A stretch of 64,000 nt of DNA. It comes from Polyangiaceae bacterium (lineage in GTDB: Bacteria; Myxococcota_A; Polyangia; Polyangiales; Polyangiaceae). Of this stretch, positions 51,716 through 61,241 are shown piece by piece. The notes under the pieces are model-generated. The model was not told where the DNA came from. It made no database searches and saw only the letters and a list, made by a program, of their open reading frames with translations. The position numbers and the translations under genes were made by a program. The stretch is taken from contig JBILLK010000032.1 in NCBI GenBank assembly GCA_044376115.1, positions 52,580-116,579 on the forward strand, given 5' to 3'. Each line of letters begins with the position of its first letter. Position 1 is the stretch's first letter.

Positions 51716-52612
51716 TCACGCCAGCGCGGCGGCCAACGCCGATTCGACGTTGGGGTGCGAGAAGCTGAAACCCGTCGCGAGCAAGCGCTTGGGCACCGCG
51801 CGCTGACTGGCCAACACAGTCTCTCGGCCCATCTCCCCGAACGCAGCCATGATCGCGAGCCGCGGAACCGGCATGAACGCCGGCCGGCCCAGTGCTTTGC
51901 CCAACGCTTTGGTGAAGTCCTTGTTGGTGACGGCGTTGTCCGTACAGACGTTGACCGGCCCTTCCAGCTCGGGCGTTGCGAGCGCGTGCATGAACGCTCG
52001 CTGCGCGTCGAGCAGCGAAAGAAAGCTCATCCACTGGTCCCCGCCGCCGATCGGCCCGCCCATACCCATACGAAAGACCGGGAGCATTTTGGCCAGTGCG
52101 CCGCCACTTCGGTCCAACACCACCCCGAGCCGCATCGCGACCGTGCGCACGCCTGCGCTGCGGGCCGGGCTAGCTGCGTCTTCCCACTCCTGGACCACCT
52201 CCGCGAGAAAGCCCTCACCGCGCGGGCCGGACTCATCGACCGGCTGGCTTGCCTCAACACCGTAGTAGCCCACGCCGGAGGCCGAGATGAACGCGCGTGC
52301 GCCGCGCTCCGCCGCAAGCGTTGCCAGCGCCCGCGTCGACTTGACGCGGCTATCCGCGATGCGCTTTTTGACGGCCTCCGACCAACGACCAGCGCCGACC
52401 GGTTCACCGGCGAGATGCACCACCGCCGCCAGCTCGACCCCCTCGGGCAATACCGGCGGTCGCTCGGAAACCGGGTCCCACAAGAGATCACTTTCGCCCT
52501 TGGGATCCCGCCGAACCAGCGACAAAACGCTGTAGCCCGACTGCTCCATTCGCTCGGCGAGGGGCCCGCCGATCATTCCGCTGCGACCCGACAGAAGGAT
52601 GGTTTTGTTCAT
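51716..52612 (-). CDS. TIGR01777 family NAD-dependent epimerase/oxidoreductase
   Basis: G.SGMIG, HLAGE, SRVKST, SASGVGYYG, G.GDQWMSF, SQRAVPKRL. Confidence 0.92.
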   Translation of the reverse strand: MNKTILLSGRSGMIGGPLAERMEQSGYSVLSLVRRDPKGESDLLWDPVSERPPVLPEGVELAAVVHLAGEPVGAGRWSEAVKKRIADSRVKSTRALATLAAERGARAFISASGVGYYGVEASQPVDESGPRGEGFLAEVVQEWEDAASPARSAGVRTVAMRLGVVLDRSGGALAKMLPVFRMGMGGPIGGGDQWMSFLSLLDAQRAFMHALATPELEGPVNVCTDNAVTNKDFTKALGKALGRPAFMPVPRLAIMAAFGEMGRETVLASQRAVPKRLLATGFSFSHPNVESALAAALA

Positions 52613-53700
52613 GAAAGGGGCAAGATGAGGATCTCGCGTCCGGGGCTGAGGTCTAAATGTTTTACCACGTCTTCGGAGATGGCCGGAGGGCCGCTCACCA
52701 CGCCGCGGGCACCGCGCTGCGAGGGCGCGCGCAACACGGCATCGCCGGGTACGGCGCGGAAAAACGGCGGTACTTCGAACTCCACCGCCACGAGCGACCG
52801 ACGCCGAAAGCTGCTGCCTTCCTCTTCTGCGCCCTCCACCTTGGGCGGGAGGACGGTCCAGTCTTTGGTGCGCACCGTGTCGCGAATCGGGCCGATCTCG
52901 TCGACGGTGGCGGCGAAGTGCGGCCCGCCGTCAAACGGGTCTACCCGGTGTGCGTAGCGAAAGCCGATGCGGCGCAACAGCTTCTCCACGCCCTTCGTTT
53001 GCGCGCCGACTTTGCCGATCACGTCCTGTGCGTCTTTGGGCAAAAGCGTCGCGCAGATGGCGCCCTCGGGGAACAGGCCCTTGATGAACTCCTTGTTCTT
53101 CTTCGAGAGAACGTCGGCCTCGGCGTAGCTCATGGTGGTGAACTTTCGGCCGACGGCTTCCCACAAATGGCTGGTCCCGTCGGCCTCGAGCGGAGGCAAG
53201 AGCTCTGCGACGATCTCGTTCTTGAAGCTCGACGGATGCGCCGCGATGTAGAGGAAGCGCACGTACGAAATCATCGTCCCCAAGCGCTCGGAACTGGTGC
53301 GATACGAAGGGTCCATCACCAGGCCGCCGATCTCGGTCGGGCCGTCATACGAGTAGCCAATCTTCAGATTGGTATGATGAAAGTGCCGGTCGATCGTCGC
53401 TGAGTAACGCTCTTCCTCGATCACGTCGAAGTAGATGTACGGCGCTCCGCGGCGGCCGAGTTGAGCGAGCACCATCGACGTGCCGATGATTTGGTCTTTC
53501 TCCAAATCCATCAGCACGAACACGAACTCGCGCTCCGCCTTCGAGGTGATTACCTCAGCGAAGCTGCGATAACTGTGCTCGACGATCTCCTCGATGCGGC
53601 CGCGGTCATTGGGCAGGTTGACCGAGTTCAAGTGTCGCGCCACTCGGTGGAGCTGATCCTCGTCGCCCGGGAGAAGGGCTCTGATCTCAAAGCGCGCCAT
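52609..53700 (-). CDS. astA: Arginine N-succinyltransferase
   Basis: NLPND, TEIGGL, SYVRFLYIA, VAEL, LLRRIGF....VDPFDGGP. Confidence 0.88.
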   Translation of the reverse strand: MARFEIRALLPGDEDQLHRVARHLNSVNLPNDRGRIEEIVEHSYRSFAEVITSKAEREFVFVLMDLEKDQIIGTSMVLAQLGRRGAPYIYFDVIEEERYSATIDRHFHHTNLKIGYSYDGPTEIGGLVMDPSYRTSSERLGTMISYVRFLYIAAHPSSFKNEIVAELLPPLEADGTSHLWEAVGRKFTTMSYAEADVLSKKNKEFIKGLFPEGAICATLLPKDAQDVIGKVGAQTKGVEKLLRRIGFRYAHRVDPFDGGPHFAATVDEIGPIRDTVRTKDWTVLPPKVEGAEEEGSSFRRRSLVAVEFEVPPFFRAVPGDAVLRAPSQRGARGVVSGPPAISEDVVKHLDLSPGREILILPLS

Positions 53701-53858
53701 GGCGGGGTTGTCCTACCCCTGGGGAGGGCAAACTGCAACTGCGCGGGCTTTTGACGCGATCTCTGACCGCTACAACTTTTTCTGAAGGATTGGAGCGCCC
53801 GCGACAAACCCCAAGAGACGCGCAACTTTTCCAACCTTTGACTTGAGGTGATGTTCCG

Positions 53859-54392
53859 ATGAATTCCTCACGCCTGCTGCTCTCCTTCGCTCTTTCGGCA
53901 TGCTCGCTTCTCAGCACGGGTTGCGAGGTAGGGCTGCTCGCAGCGGCGCTCGCGGGTGGGGATTCGGAGGACATCGACTACGGCGGGGACCAGCTGCAAC
54001 TGGAGACCAGCAACGCTCGACTGCGCGGCAGCCTCGGTGAGGTGGTGGATTTCAACGAGGAGACCACCATGAACGACGCCTACGTCGCGTACGACTGGGC
54101 CAACCTATCGCTGTGGGTCGAGGACGGAGATTCGAGCGTGATGGTCTCGCTCAACGCCTACGGTGACGCGACCACGCGCATGTTTACGGTGGGCGAGGAG
54201 ATTGAGCTCGGCGATGAGATCGACGTGATCGGTTGTTCGGGCTCGGACTACGCCTTCGAGGCCATGGCCGAAGAGGGCACCGTCGTAGTCGAGGACTCGC
54301 CTGAACCGGGCATGGTGCACCTTCGCTTCACCCTTCAGTTCAGCGATGGCGCCGAGATTCGTGGCGAAGCGGACGTCGCTACCCCGCAATAG
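53859..54392 (+). CDS. Hypothetical acidic lipoprotein
   Basis: GAGGTG RBS; signal peptide ending STGC. Confidence 0.7.
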   Translation: MNSSRLLLSFALSACSLLSTGCEVGLLAAALAGGDSEDIDYGGDQLQLETSNARLRGSLGEVVDFNEETTMNDAYVAYDWANLSLWVEDGDSSVMVSLNAYGDATTRMFTVGEEIELGDEIDVIGCSGSDYAFEAMAEEGTVVVEDSPEPGMVHLRFTLQFSDGAEIRGEADVATPQ

Positions 54393-54404
54393 TCGGGGCA
54401 AAAC

Positions 54405-55715
54405 TCAAGGGCAGCAGGCGCTCGACCAACCGACGCCGATGTCGCGCTTCTTGCAGCCCGCCGCCGCGATCAGCGGCTCGCGCGCTTGAAAGGTACCGCC
54501 TTTCCACTGATAGGCGGTCGATTTGCCGGGGAAGTTCTTCTCGCAGTCCTTGTCGAACGAGGGGCTCCGCATACGCATGGGGACCTCCTTCGTGGGGTCG
54601 ACTGGAGCGGCGCTGGCTTGTGAAGCCGACGCAGCGGGCAAGCTCCCGCTGGCGACCGTGCCCGTCGCCGTCATGCTCGCGGGCAGCACGCCTCCCGGGC
54701 GACAAGCACCACCGGCGAACGCGTAACCCGGCTCACACAGCGGATCTCCGGCCTTGCGCACACAGCGCCCTGACTCGTACGCCGCGTCCTTCGGGCAGAC
54801 CGGCGTCGCTGGATCTTTGGCGCAGCGAAAGCCGAGCGCGCCGCTTTGCTCATCGACGCGGTAGCGATTACGCAAGTCGTTGCGCATCCACTTAGCGAAG
54901 CGGCGCGACCAACTGCCACCGCGGTAGACCTTGAACAAGCCGGTCTCGGCCTCGGCTGGATACGGGCCATAGAAGGAGTCGGTCCACTCCCAAACATTGC
55001 CGGTCATGTCGTAAAGACCGAAGGCGCCGGGCGCATAGCTCGCCACTTCGCACGAGCCGCCCTCGTGCATGTAACAGCCGTTCTCGCGTGAAGGCTCGTC
55101 GCTCCCCCACGAATAGAGCCGCTGTTCGGAGCCACCGCGCGCTGCGTACTCCCACTCGACCTCGCGCGGGAGACGTTTGCCCAGCCGCTTGCAGTGCGCC
55201 ACGGCGTCGTTCCAATCGATGCAGTTCACCGGGTGCTTCTGCCGATCGGGGAAGAGCGTGTTGCAGAACGGGTTGTCTTTGCGCATCGGCTGACAAAGCC
55301 CAGCGCTCACGCACTCCTCGTACGCTGCGACCGTGACCTCGTGCTTGTCCAAGTAGATACGGCCAACCACGCCCTCGTGCCGCGGCGTGTTCTCGCTCCC
55401 CTCACCTCCCATCAAGAAGTAGCCCTCGGGGATCAGCACCATCCCATCGGGAACCGGCTCGGAGGCCGAAGGTGTGGTGGGCACGGCCGGTGCGGATGAG
55501 GCGCTCGTCGCCGCCGAGCTCGCGGTTTCCGAGGTCGTCAGCGCCGGCGTCGAAGCGGCGGGCGCCGCTGAGCCAGAACTAGCCGCACCTTCGCTACAAG
55601 CCGCGAGGCAAAGACAGGCAAACGCTCCCCGCAGCAAGAGCACAGTGATTCGCGGATGGGCGGAGAGCGGAGAGAGAAGGTCCTCGAGCACGAGCCATTG
55701 TCTCGCCGCAGGCAC
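54405..55715 (-). CDS. Formylglycine-generating enzyme (SUMF1/FGE-sulfatase) domain protein, probably a lipoprotein; start uncertain
   Basis: IPEGYFLMG, HPVNCIDWNDA, RLP.E.EWEYAARG, FGLYDMTGNVWEW, RGGSW, GFRCA. Confidence 0.88.
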   Translation of the reverse strand: MPAARQWLVLEDLLSPLSAHPRITVLLLRGAFACLCLAACSEGAASSGSAAPAASTPALTTSETASSAATSASSAPAVPTTPSASEPVPDGMVLIPEGYFLMGGEGSENTPRHEGVVGRIYLDKHEVTVAAYEECVSAGLCQPMRKDNPFCNTLFPDRQKHPVNCIDWNDAVAHCKRLGKRLPREVEWEYAARGGSEQRLYSWGSDEPSRENGCYMHEGGSCEVASYAPGAFGLYDMTGNVWEWTDSFYGPYPAEAETGLFKVYRGGSWSRRFAKWMRNDLRNRYRVDEQSGALGFRCAKDPATPVCPKDAAYESGRCVRKAGDPLCEPGYAFAGGACRPGGVLPASMTATGTVASGSLPAASASQASAAPVDPTKEVPMRMRSPSFDKDCEKNFPGKSTAYQWKGGTFQAREPLIAAAGCKKRDIGVGWSSACCP

Positions 55716-55754
55716 GAAACAGCCAACAACTCGACGGGAAGCGCGCGCCCACGC

Positions 55755-56360
55755 TCAGTTGCAAAGACCGTCGCAACAAGGACCATCGGGGTTCGCGTCG
55801 CATGGGCTCCAATCAACGGTGTCCCCGATCACCAAGGACATTTCGCCGGTGTGGAGCGGTTCACCGCCCATCGTGCTCGCTTCGACCTTCACCAAGATCG
55901 GCGTGCCCTTCGGCAGCGCGCCGGTCTCGGTGTCCCATTGCGTCCCGGGCATACCAATCTGGAGCCCAGCCGCCTGCGGCCAGCCCTCCGCCTCAACCAA
56001 GTTCGCCACCGTTTGGTCGAGGTAGGTGCCGTCGATCGGTTGCTGCGTGCTCGGGTCCAGCACCTGAATCTCGAGCTGCACCGAGTTGCCACAGTCTGCG
56101 CAGCCCAGCGCGAAGAACAGGTGATAGCCGCCTTGTGGGCCAGCCATCATTTCGATCGTGCCGTCCTCGGGCACGCGCTCGAAGCAAAGCTCACCGGTGC
56201 CTAGCTCGAAGTCTTGCGGAGCCGAGGGCGCCTCGCAATCAACCACTGGCGCAGAACCACCCGCACCACCGGATCCAGCATCTGCAACCTCACTGGAGCA
56301 AGCGGCAAAGGCGGCAAAGGCAGCGACGAGCAACAACGACTGAAACGAAGCCCTGAGCAT
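55755..56360 (-). CDS. Hypothetical lipoprotein
   Basis: Lipobox FAAC; GPQGGYH motif; Cys-rich end. Confidence 0.7.
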   Translation of the reverse strand: MLRASFQSLLLVAAFAAFAACSSEVADAGSGGAGGSAPVVDCEAPSAPQDFELGTGELCFERVPEDGTIEMMAGPQGGYHLFFALGCADCGNSVQLEIQVLDPSTQQPIDGTYLDQTVANLVEAEGWPQAAGLQIGMPGTQWDTETGALPKGTPILVKVEASTMGGEPLHTGEMSLVIGDTVDWSPCDANPDGPCCDGLCN

Positions 56361-56515
56361 GCGCGCGAATGAGCATTCGCCGTGCCAGTCACCAAGGCTC
56401 CAACTCTGGCGCAAAACAGCGCCCTTGAGGCGAACGCCTGTGCAGACCTGTGCCACCACGCGTGCCAACGCAAAGCCGCCGCTCAATGGGAACGCCAATT
56501 CGTGTACCACGGGGC

Positions 56516-57343
56516 ATGGCCAGCTCGCCGTCGCCGATCACCACCTGTGGGTCTCTCTCGCTGCACCCGGTGACCTTTGGTCGGCAGATGCATCAAGCGG
56601 CGTACGACGCACTTGGTCTGCCGTGGCTTTACGTTCCCTTTGCCTGCGAGAGCGCTGGGCTGAAGGCGGCGCTCGAGGGGATGCGCGCGCTCTCGATTCG
56701 CGGCTTCGGTATCTCGATGCCCTTCAAGATCGAGATCCTACCGCTGCTCGACGAAATTGCGCCGCTGGCTCGTACGATCGGAGCGGTCAACACGGTGGTC
56801 AACGACGGTGGCCGCTTGTGCGGTCACAACACCGACGCCGAGGGAGCCGTGCAAGCGCTGGAGGAAGCGGTTGGCTCCCTGCAAGGCGCACGCGTAATGG
56901 TGATTGGCGCGGGTGGCGCTGCGCGCGCAGTCGCGTTTGGTGTCCACGCCGCCGGAGCCAAGCTCCTGCTTTGCAATCGCACGCGCGACAAGGCTGAGGC
57001 GCTGGCCGCCGAGCTCAAAGGCGCCGAGGTGGTGGCGTATGAAGAGGCTTTGCGCAAACCGCCCGCCGATATTGTCGTGCAAGCCACCAGCGCTGGGATG
57101 GCTGGCGCAGCGAGCCTGCCGTTTGAACCAGCGGCCTTCAACGAACGCAGCGTGGTGATGGATATCGTCTACAAGCCGCTGCGCACCGAGCTCATCGACC
57201 AGGCCCAAGCCGCTGGAGCAAAGACCGTACACGGCGCACGAATGCTGCTGTTTCAGGCCGCTCGGCAGTTCGAGCTATATACAGGTAAAACGGCCCCGCT
57301 TGGGGTGATGGATGAGGTGATACGAGGGGTGGCCGCAGGGTGA
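56516..57343 (+). CDS. aroE: Shikimate dehydrogenase
   Basis: ISMPFK, IGAVNT, GHNTD, GAGGAARA, NRT, DIVYKP..T, G..ML..QA..QF. Confidence 0.92.
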   Translation: MASSPSPITTCGSLSLHPVTFGRQMHQAAYDALGLPWLYVPFACESAGLKAALEGMRALSIRGFGISMPFKIEILPLLDEIAPLARTIGAVNTVVNDGGRLCGHNTDAEGAVQALEEAVGSLQGARVMVIGAGGAARAVAFGVHAAGAKLLLCNRTRDKAEALAAELKGAEVVAYEEALRKPPADIVVQATSAGMAGAASLPFEPAAFNERSVVMDIVYKPLRTELIDQAQAAGAKTVHGARMLLFQAARQFELYTGKTAPLGVMDEVIRGVAAG

Positions 57344-57348
57344 AAGCT

Positions 57349-57771
57349 GGCCCGACCTAACCCGCCGGGGCTGCGCTAGCTCCCCATCGTTGCGTCGCTG
57401 CGGCCCGACCTAACCCCCCGGGGCTGCGCTAGCTCCCCATCGTTGCGTCGCTGCGGCCCGACCTAACCCGCCGGGGCTGCGCTAGCTCCCCATCGTTGCG
57501 TCGCTGCGGCCCGACCTAACCCCCCGGGGCTGCGCTAGCTCCCCATCGCTACGTCGCTGCGGCCCGACCTAACCCGCCGGGGCTGCGCTAGCTCCCCATC
57601 GCTACGTCGCTGCGGCCCGACCTAACCCGCCGGGGCTGCGCTAGCTCCCCATCGTTGCGTCGCTGCGGCCCGACCTAACCCGTCGGGGCTGCCGGAGCTC
57701 CCCATCGTTGCGTCGCTGCGGCCCGACCTAAGCCCCCGGGGCTGCCGGAGCTCCCCATCGCTACGTCGCTG
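57349..57771. repeat. Non-coding tandem array, 8 x 53 bp
   Basis: Unit GGCCCGACCTAACCCGCCGGGGCTGCGCTAGCTCCCCATCGTTGCGTCGCTGC starting at 57349, 57402, 57455, 57508, 57561, 57614, 57667, 57720. Confidence 0.95.
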
Positions 57772-58101
57772 TTGGAAGGCGCTTTGGGCGAAACGAAGGG
57801 CCGGCTATCCGGTGGACGGTCGCTATGGCGGCGTAACCAGGCCGGGTTGGCGCAGCTCCCCCGCCTTACGTCGCAATGAGGGCGACAACCGACTTGGTGG
57901 ACAACCTGGGCTGTGGCGCTCGGGGCTCACGGTGCCTTCCACGGTAGACCGCCCGCTGGGGAGACCGCTGCGGGGATGGTGCTTCGATTTGGACGTTTTG
58001 TGGAGTTCGGGCGTCCATCCCCAGGCGATCGATGGCGTTTTTCAACAAACCGTCCAGTTCGACCGCCCATCCCCGGTGGTCCACCGCTCCTTGGGCCAGC
58101 T

Positions 58102-58132
58102 TCCCAGAATCGTGCCCTGCCCGATTCTGGGA
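58102..58132 (-). terminator. Hairpin downstream of the acyl-CoA dehydrogenase gene (possible terminator)
   Basis: TCCCAGAATCG / CGATTCTGGGA 11-bp perfect stem, 9-nt loop; no U-tract. Confidence 0.4.
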
Positions 58133-58155
58133 GACCGATCCTGGGAGAGTCCATC

Positions 58156-59970
58156 CTAGAACGACTCATCCTCCAAACTCATTAGCTCCAGCCCGCCTTC
58201 TTCAATCAGCCGTCGCGTCAGCGAGAGGCCCGGCAATACGTTTTTACACCAATATCGGGCGCTCGCGACCTTACCTGCGTAAAACGCTGCGTCTTCGGGT
58301 TTGCTCTGGGCGTTCTTCAGCGCCACGGCGGCGCTGCGCAGTAGCAGCCAGCCTACTACCGTCTCCGCTAATGCGAATAGGATGCGGTTGCCCTGGAAGC
58401 CTACGTGGTAGAGCGACTCACCGACCTTGCCCATCATCGTGCCGAAGATGCCGCGTAGGTTCTCGATCGCCTCGGCCAGGGATTTACGCTCAGCCACGAG
58501 ATCGGCGCCGCCGACCTCCTCGGTGACGAAGCTCTCGATGTCGCCGACGAGCTTCATCAACGTCTGCCCGCCGTCTTTGGCGATCTTGCGGAAGAACAGA
58601 TCAAGCGCCTGGATGTGCGTCGTCCCTTCGTACAGCGAATCGATCTTCTGATCGCGCATGTACTGCTCCATCGGGAAGTCCTGAATGTAGCCGGAGCCAC
58701 CGTAGGTCTGCAGCGCCTGGCCGAGCTCGACCGTGGCCTTCTCCGAGCAGAAGCCCTTCACCAGCGGCAGCAGCATGTCGTTCAGTTTGTCGAGCGCATC
58801 GGCTTGCTTGTTGCCGTGGCCGCCCTGCAACTCAACCTGATCTTGCACCCAAGCGGTATAGAGACATAGCGCCCGCATACCCTCCGCGTGGGCCTTCTGG
58901 CTCATCAACATACGGCGCACATCCGGGTGACGAATGATCTTTACGCGCGGCGAGGCTTTGTCGGCAGCGCGCAAAAGATCCGGCCCTTGCGTGCGGTCTT
59001 TGGCGTACTCGCGGGCGTTCAGATAGGCGGTCGAGAGCGTGGCCATGCTCTTCATACCGACGCCCATGCGAGCCTGCTCGATGATGTGGAACATTTGCCG
59101 AATACCGTCGTGCACATTGCCCAGTAGCAAGCCGCGGCAGGGCAAGCCGTCCCCAAACAGCATCTCGGCGGTAGCGGAGCCTTTAATGCCCATCTTCTTT
59201 TCCACCTTCGATACGAAGGCGCCGTTGCGCTCGCCGAGCGAGCCGTCTTCATTGACCCAGAACTTCGGCACGATGAAGAGCGAAAGGCCCTTGGTTCCGC
59301 CAGCGCCGCCCTCCGGGCGCGCCAACACCAGGTGCACGATGTTCTCCGGCGTGTCGAAGTCACCGTTGGTGATGAAGCGCTTCTCGCCGGTGATCTCCCA
59401 GACGTCGCCTTCAATGTGTTTGGCTTTGGTGCGACCAGCGCCGACGTCACTGCCGGCCTCCGGCTCGGTGAGCACCATCGAGCCGCTCCAATGCCGACTA
59501 AGGATCGGATCGATGAAGCGCTTCTTCTGCTCCTCGGTGCCGTGCCGGTCAATCGTGCGCGCGGTGAAGTTACCGAACAGATAGAAGGTTAAAGGCGCAT
59601 TGGCGCCGGATACCAATTCAAAGGCCGCCCAGCCGACGCTCGGGGGAGCGCCCATGCCGCCCATGTGCTCGGGCAGGTTCAATAGATGAGCGCCTTGCTC
59701 GTAAAAGGCTTTGTAGCCGCGGCTGAGGCCGGCGGGCAGCGTGACGTTGCCCTTGCCGTCGAACTCGAGCGGCACCCGATCACTCTCGACGTAGCTCTTC
59801 TGCAGCTCGTTGAGGCACAAGGTCTCGGTCGCCTTGAGCGCCTCGCGAGCCGTAGCCTCATCCATATTGGCGTACGGGCCTTGCCCGAGGGAGGTGCGCT
59901 GGATCTCGAACAGCTCGAAGAGGTTGAAGTAGATATCGCGGAGATTCGGCTTGTAGTGGTCGAGCAGCAT
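58156..59970 (-). CDS. Long-form acyl-CoA dehydrogenase (FadE5-like)
   Basis: MVLTEPEAGSDVG, KRFIT, GTKGLSLFIVPK, KMGIKGSAT, HPDVRRML, GGSGY, YEGTTHIQALD. Confidence 0.93.
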   Translation of the reverse strand: MLLDHYKPNLRDIYFNLFELFEIQRTSLGQGPYANMDEATAREALKATETLCLNELQKSYVESDRVPLEFDGKGNVTLPAGLSRGYKAFYEQGAHLLNLPEHMGGMGAPPSVGWAAFELVSGANAPLTFYLFGNFTARTIDRHGTEEQKKRFIDPILSRHWSGSMVLTEPEAGSDVGAGRTKAKHIEGDVWEITGEKRFITNGDFDTPENIVHLVLARPEGGAGGTKGLSLFIVPKFWVNEDGSLGERNGAFVSKVEKKMGIKGSATAEMLFGDGLPCRGLLLGNVHDGIRQMFHIIEQARMGVGMKSMATLSTAYLNAREYAKDRTQGPDLLRAADKASPRVKIIRHPDVRRMLMSQKAHAEGMRALCLYTAWVQDQVELQGGHGNKQADALDKLNDMLLPLVKGFCSEKATVELGQALQTYGGSGYIQDFPMEQYMRDQKIDSLYEGTTHIQALDLFFRKIAKDGGQTLMKLVGDIESFVTEEVGGADLVAERKSLAEAIENLRGIFGTMMGKVGESLYHVGFQGNRILFALAETVVGWLLLRSAAVALKNAQSKPEDAAFYAGKVASARYWCKNVLPGLSLTRRLIEEGGLELMSLEDESF

Positions 59971-60066
59971 TGGGAGGCTTCGTAGCAAAGCGGGTTGCGC
60001 GCGTCACCCCGGGGTTGCGCACGATTGCGACGTGTAAGCGTGACCGCCTCGTCGCGTTCTCAGGGC

Positions 60067-60756
60067 ATGAATTGTCTTCCGTTGCGAGTGTTGGGGTTAA
60101 CCGCGGGCCTGCTTTTATGCGGTTGTGGGGTTGCAGGAGCCTTCGGGCAGGCCGCTGTTACTGCGGAGGATTGCGCGGGCAAAGCGGAGTGCACTTCGGC
60201 GTTCGAGGGCCCGCTGGCCAAAGGGGCAAGCGCTACCCCGAAGCTGCGCTTTGAGCTACGCGGCAGCGGCGCCCCGGCCTATCACCTCGAGTCCGCCGAC
60301 CCGCTGGTGCTCGAGGCCTCCGAGGGCCAGGTAACGGCGCATGAGGAAGGGCTAACGGGCCTGATGGTGCTGGCGGAGGACGGCAGCGTGCTCGACTTCT
60401 TTCATGTCTGGGTCCGGCCCGCCACCGCCTTGCAAATCAGCGGCGTGCTCCCAGGTCGACAAGCGGCGCAGGAACTACGAACCACGGTGGAGCTCGTGCG
60501 AGGGGACGAGCTGCGACTCAGCACGCGCTTGCTCGGGGGCGGCCAGGCGCTTAGCGGCGAGGCGGAGGTGCAATGGGAGCTCGAACAAGACGCTGCGAAC
60601 AAGAGCTTCCGCATCCTGGACGAGGGCGTGGCGAGCGAGCGACGGCTGGTCGCCGTTGGCGTTGGCTCGGCCAAGCTGACAATCAAAAGCCTCGGACTTT
60701 CGCGCGCGCTCGCGCTCTCGGTCGTGGACGTCAACAGCGGGGAGCGTGCGCGATGA
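60067..60756 (+). CDS. Hypothetical lipoprotein with Ig-like beta domains
   Basis: Lipobox LCGC; SADPLVLE and GVGSAKLTI patterns. Confidence 0.65.
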   Translation: MNCLPLRVLGLTAGLLLCGCGVAGAFGQAAVTAEDCAGKAECTSAFEGPLAKGASATPKLRFELRGSGAPAYHLESADPLVLEASEGQVTAHEEGLTGLMVLAEDGSVLDFFHVWVRPATALQISGVLPGRQAAQELRTTVELVRGDELRLSTRLLGGGQALSGEAEVQWELEQDAANKSFRILDEGVASERRLVAVGVGSAKLTIKSLGLSRALALSVVDVNSGERAR

Positions 60757-61154
60757 AACCGTTATTCGGCTACTGCATAATCATGATGGCGGCGGCGCTG
60801 AGCGGCTGCGTGCACGTCGCGGCGGTCAGCACGCCTCCCGCAACGCGAGGCGGCGAGCACAGCATCAACCCGTTCGGCGATGACCAGGTCCGGCTCGCGC
60901 GCGGTACCATCCTCGCGTTTGATTGCGTCGATTCGTTTGACGGCGGCCCCTGCGAGCTGGCCGACTTCAGCCTGACCGACTCCAGCGTAGTGGAGGTCAA
61001 GACCGCCCACCTCGAGCGCGCCAAGAGCCCTTACGGCGGCTACGACGCTCGCCCGCGCACGGCCTTTGTTTTGGTCGGGAAGAAGGCTGGCACCAGCGAC
61101 CTCACGATCCAAAGCTCGATTGGAGAAAAGACGCTGCAGATCACCGTGGAGTAA
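60753..61154 (+). CDS. Hypothetical lipoprotein with Ig-like domain
   Basis: ATGA overlap with the previous gene; lipobox LSGC; GKKAGTSDLTI. Confidence 0.7.
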   Translation: MKPLFGYCIIMMAAALSGCVHVAAVSTPPATRGGEHSINPFGDDQVRLARGTILAFDCVDSFDGGPCELADFSLTDSSVVEVKTAHLERAKSPYGGYDARPRTAFVLVGKKAGTSDLTIQSSIGEKTLQITVE

Positions 61155-61241
61155 GGAATCTGAACCCGCTCGTACGATTGTTGAGCCGTCTAGCCCTCGG
61201 CGCGGAGCCTCACACCACACACTCAAAGCTCCGAGGGATTG

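Noticed and set aside
57349..57771. CRISPR array
   Set aside because: Units are contiguous near-identical repeats with no unique spacers, and no cas genes are in the window
57349..57771. Integron attC array (each unit has ACCTAAC, a hairpin, and often GTTGCGT)
   Set aside because: The span is about 41 bp, shorter than known attC sites; the right end does not match GTTRRRY and is lost in three copies; no cassettes or integrase are present
57349..58155. Type III toxin-antitoxin RNA repeat array
   Set aside because: No credible toxin ORF follows the array on either strand
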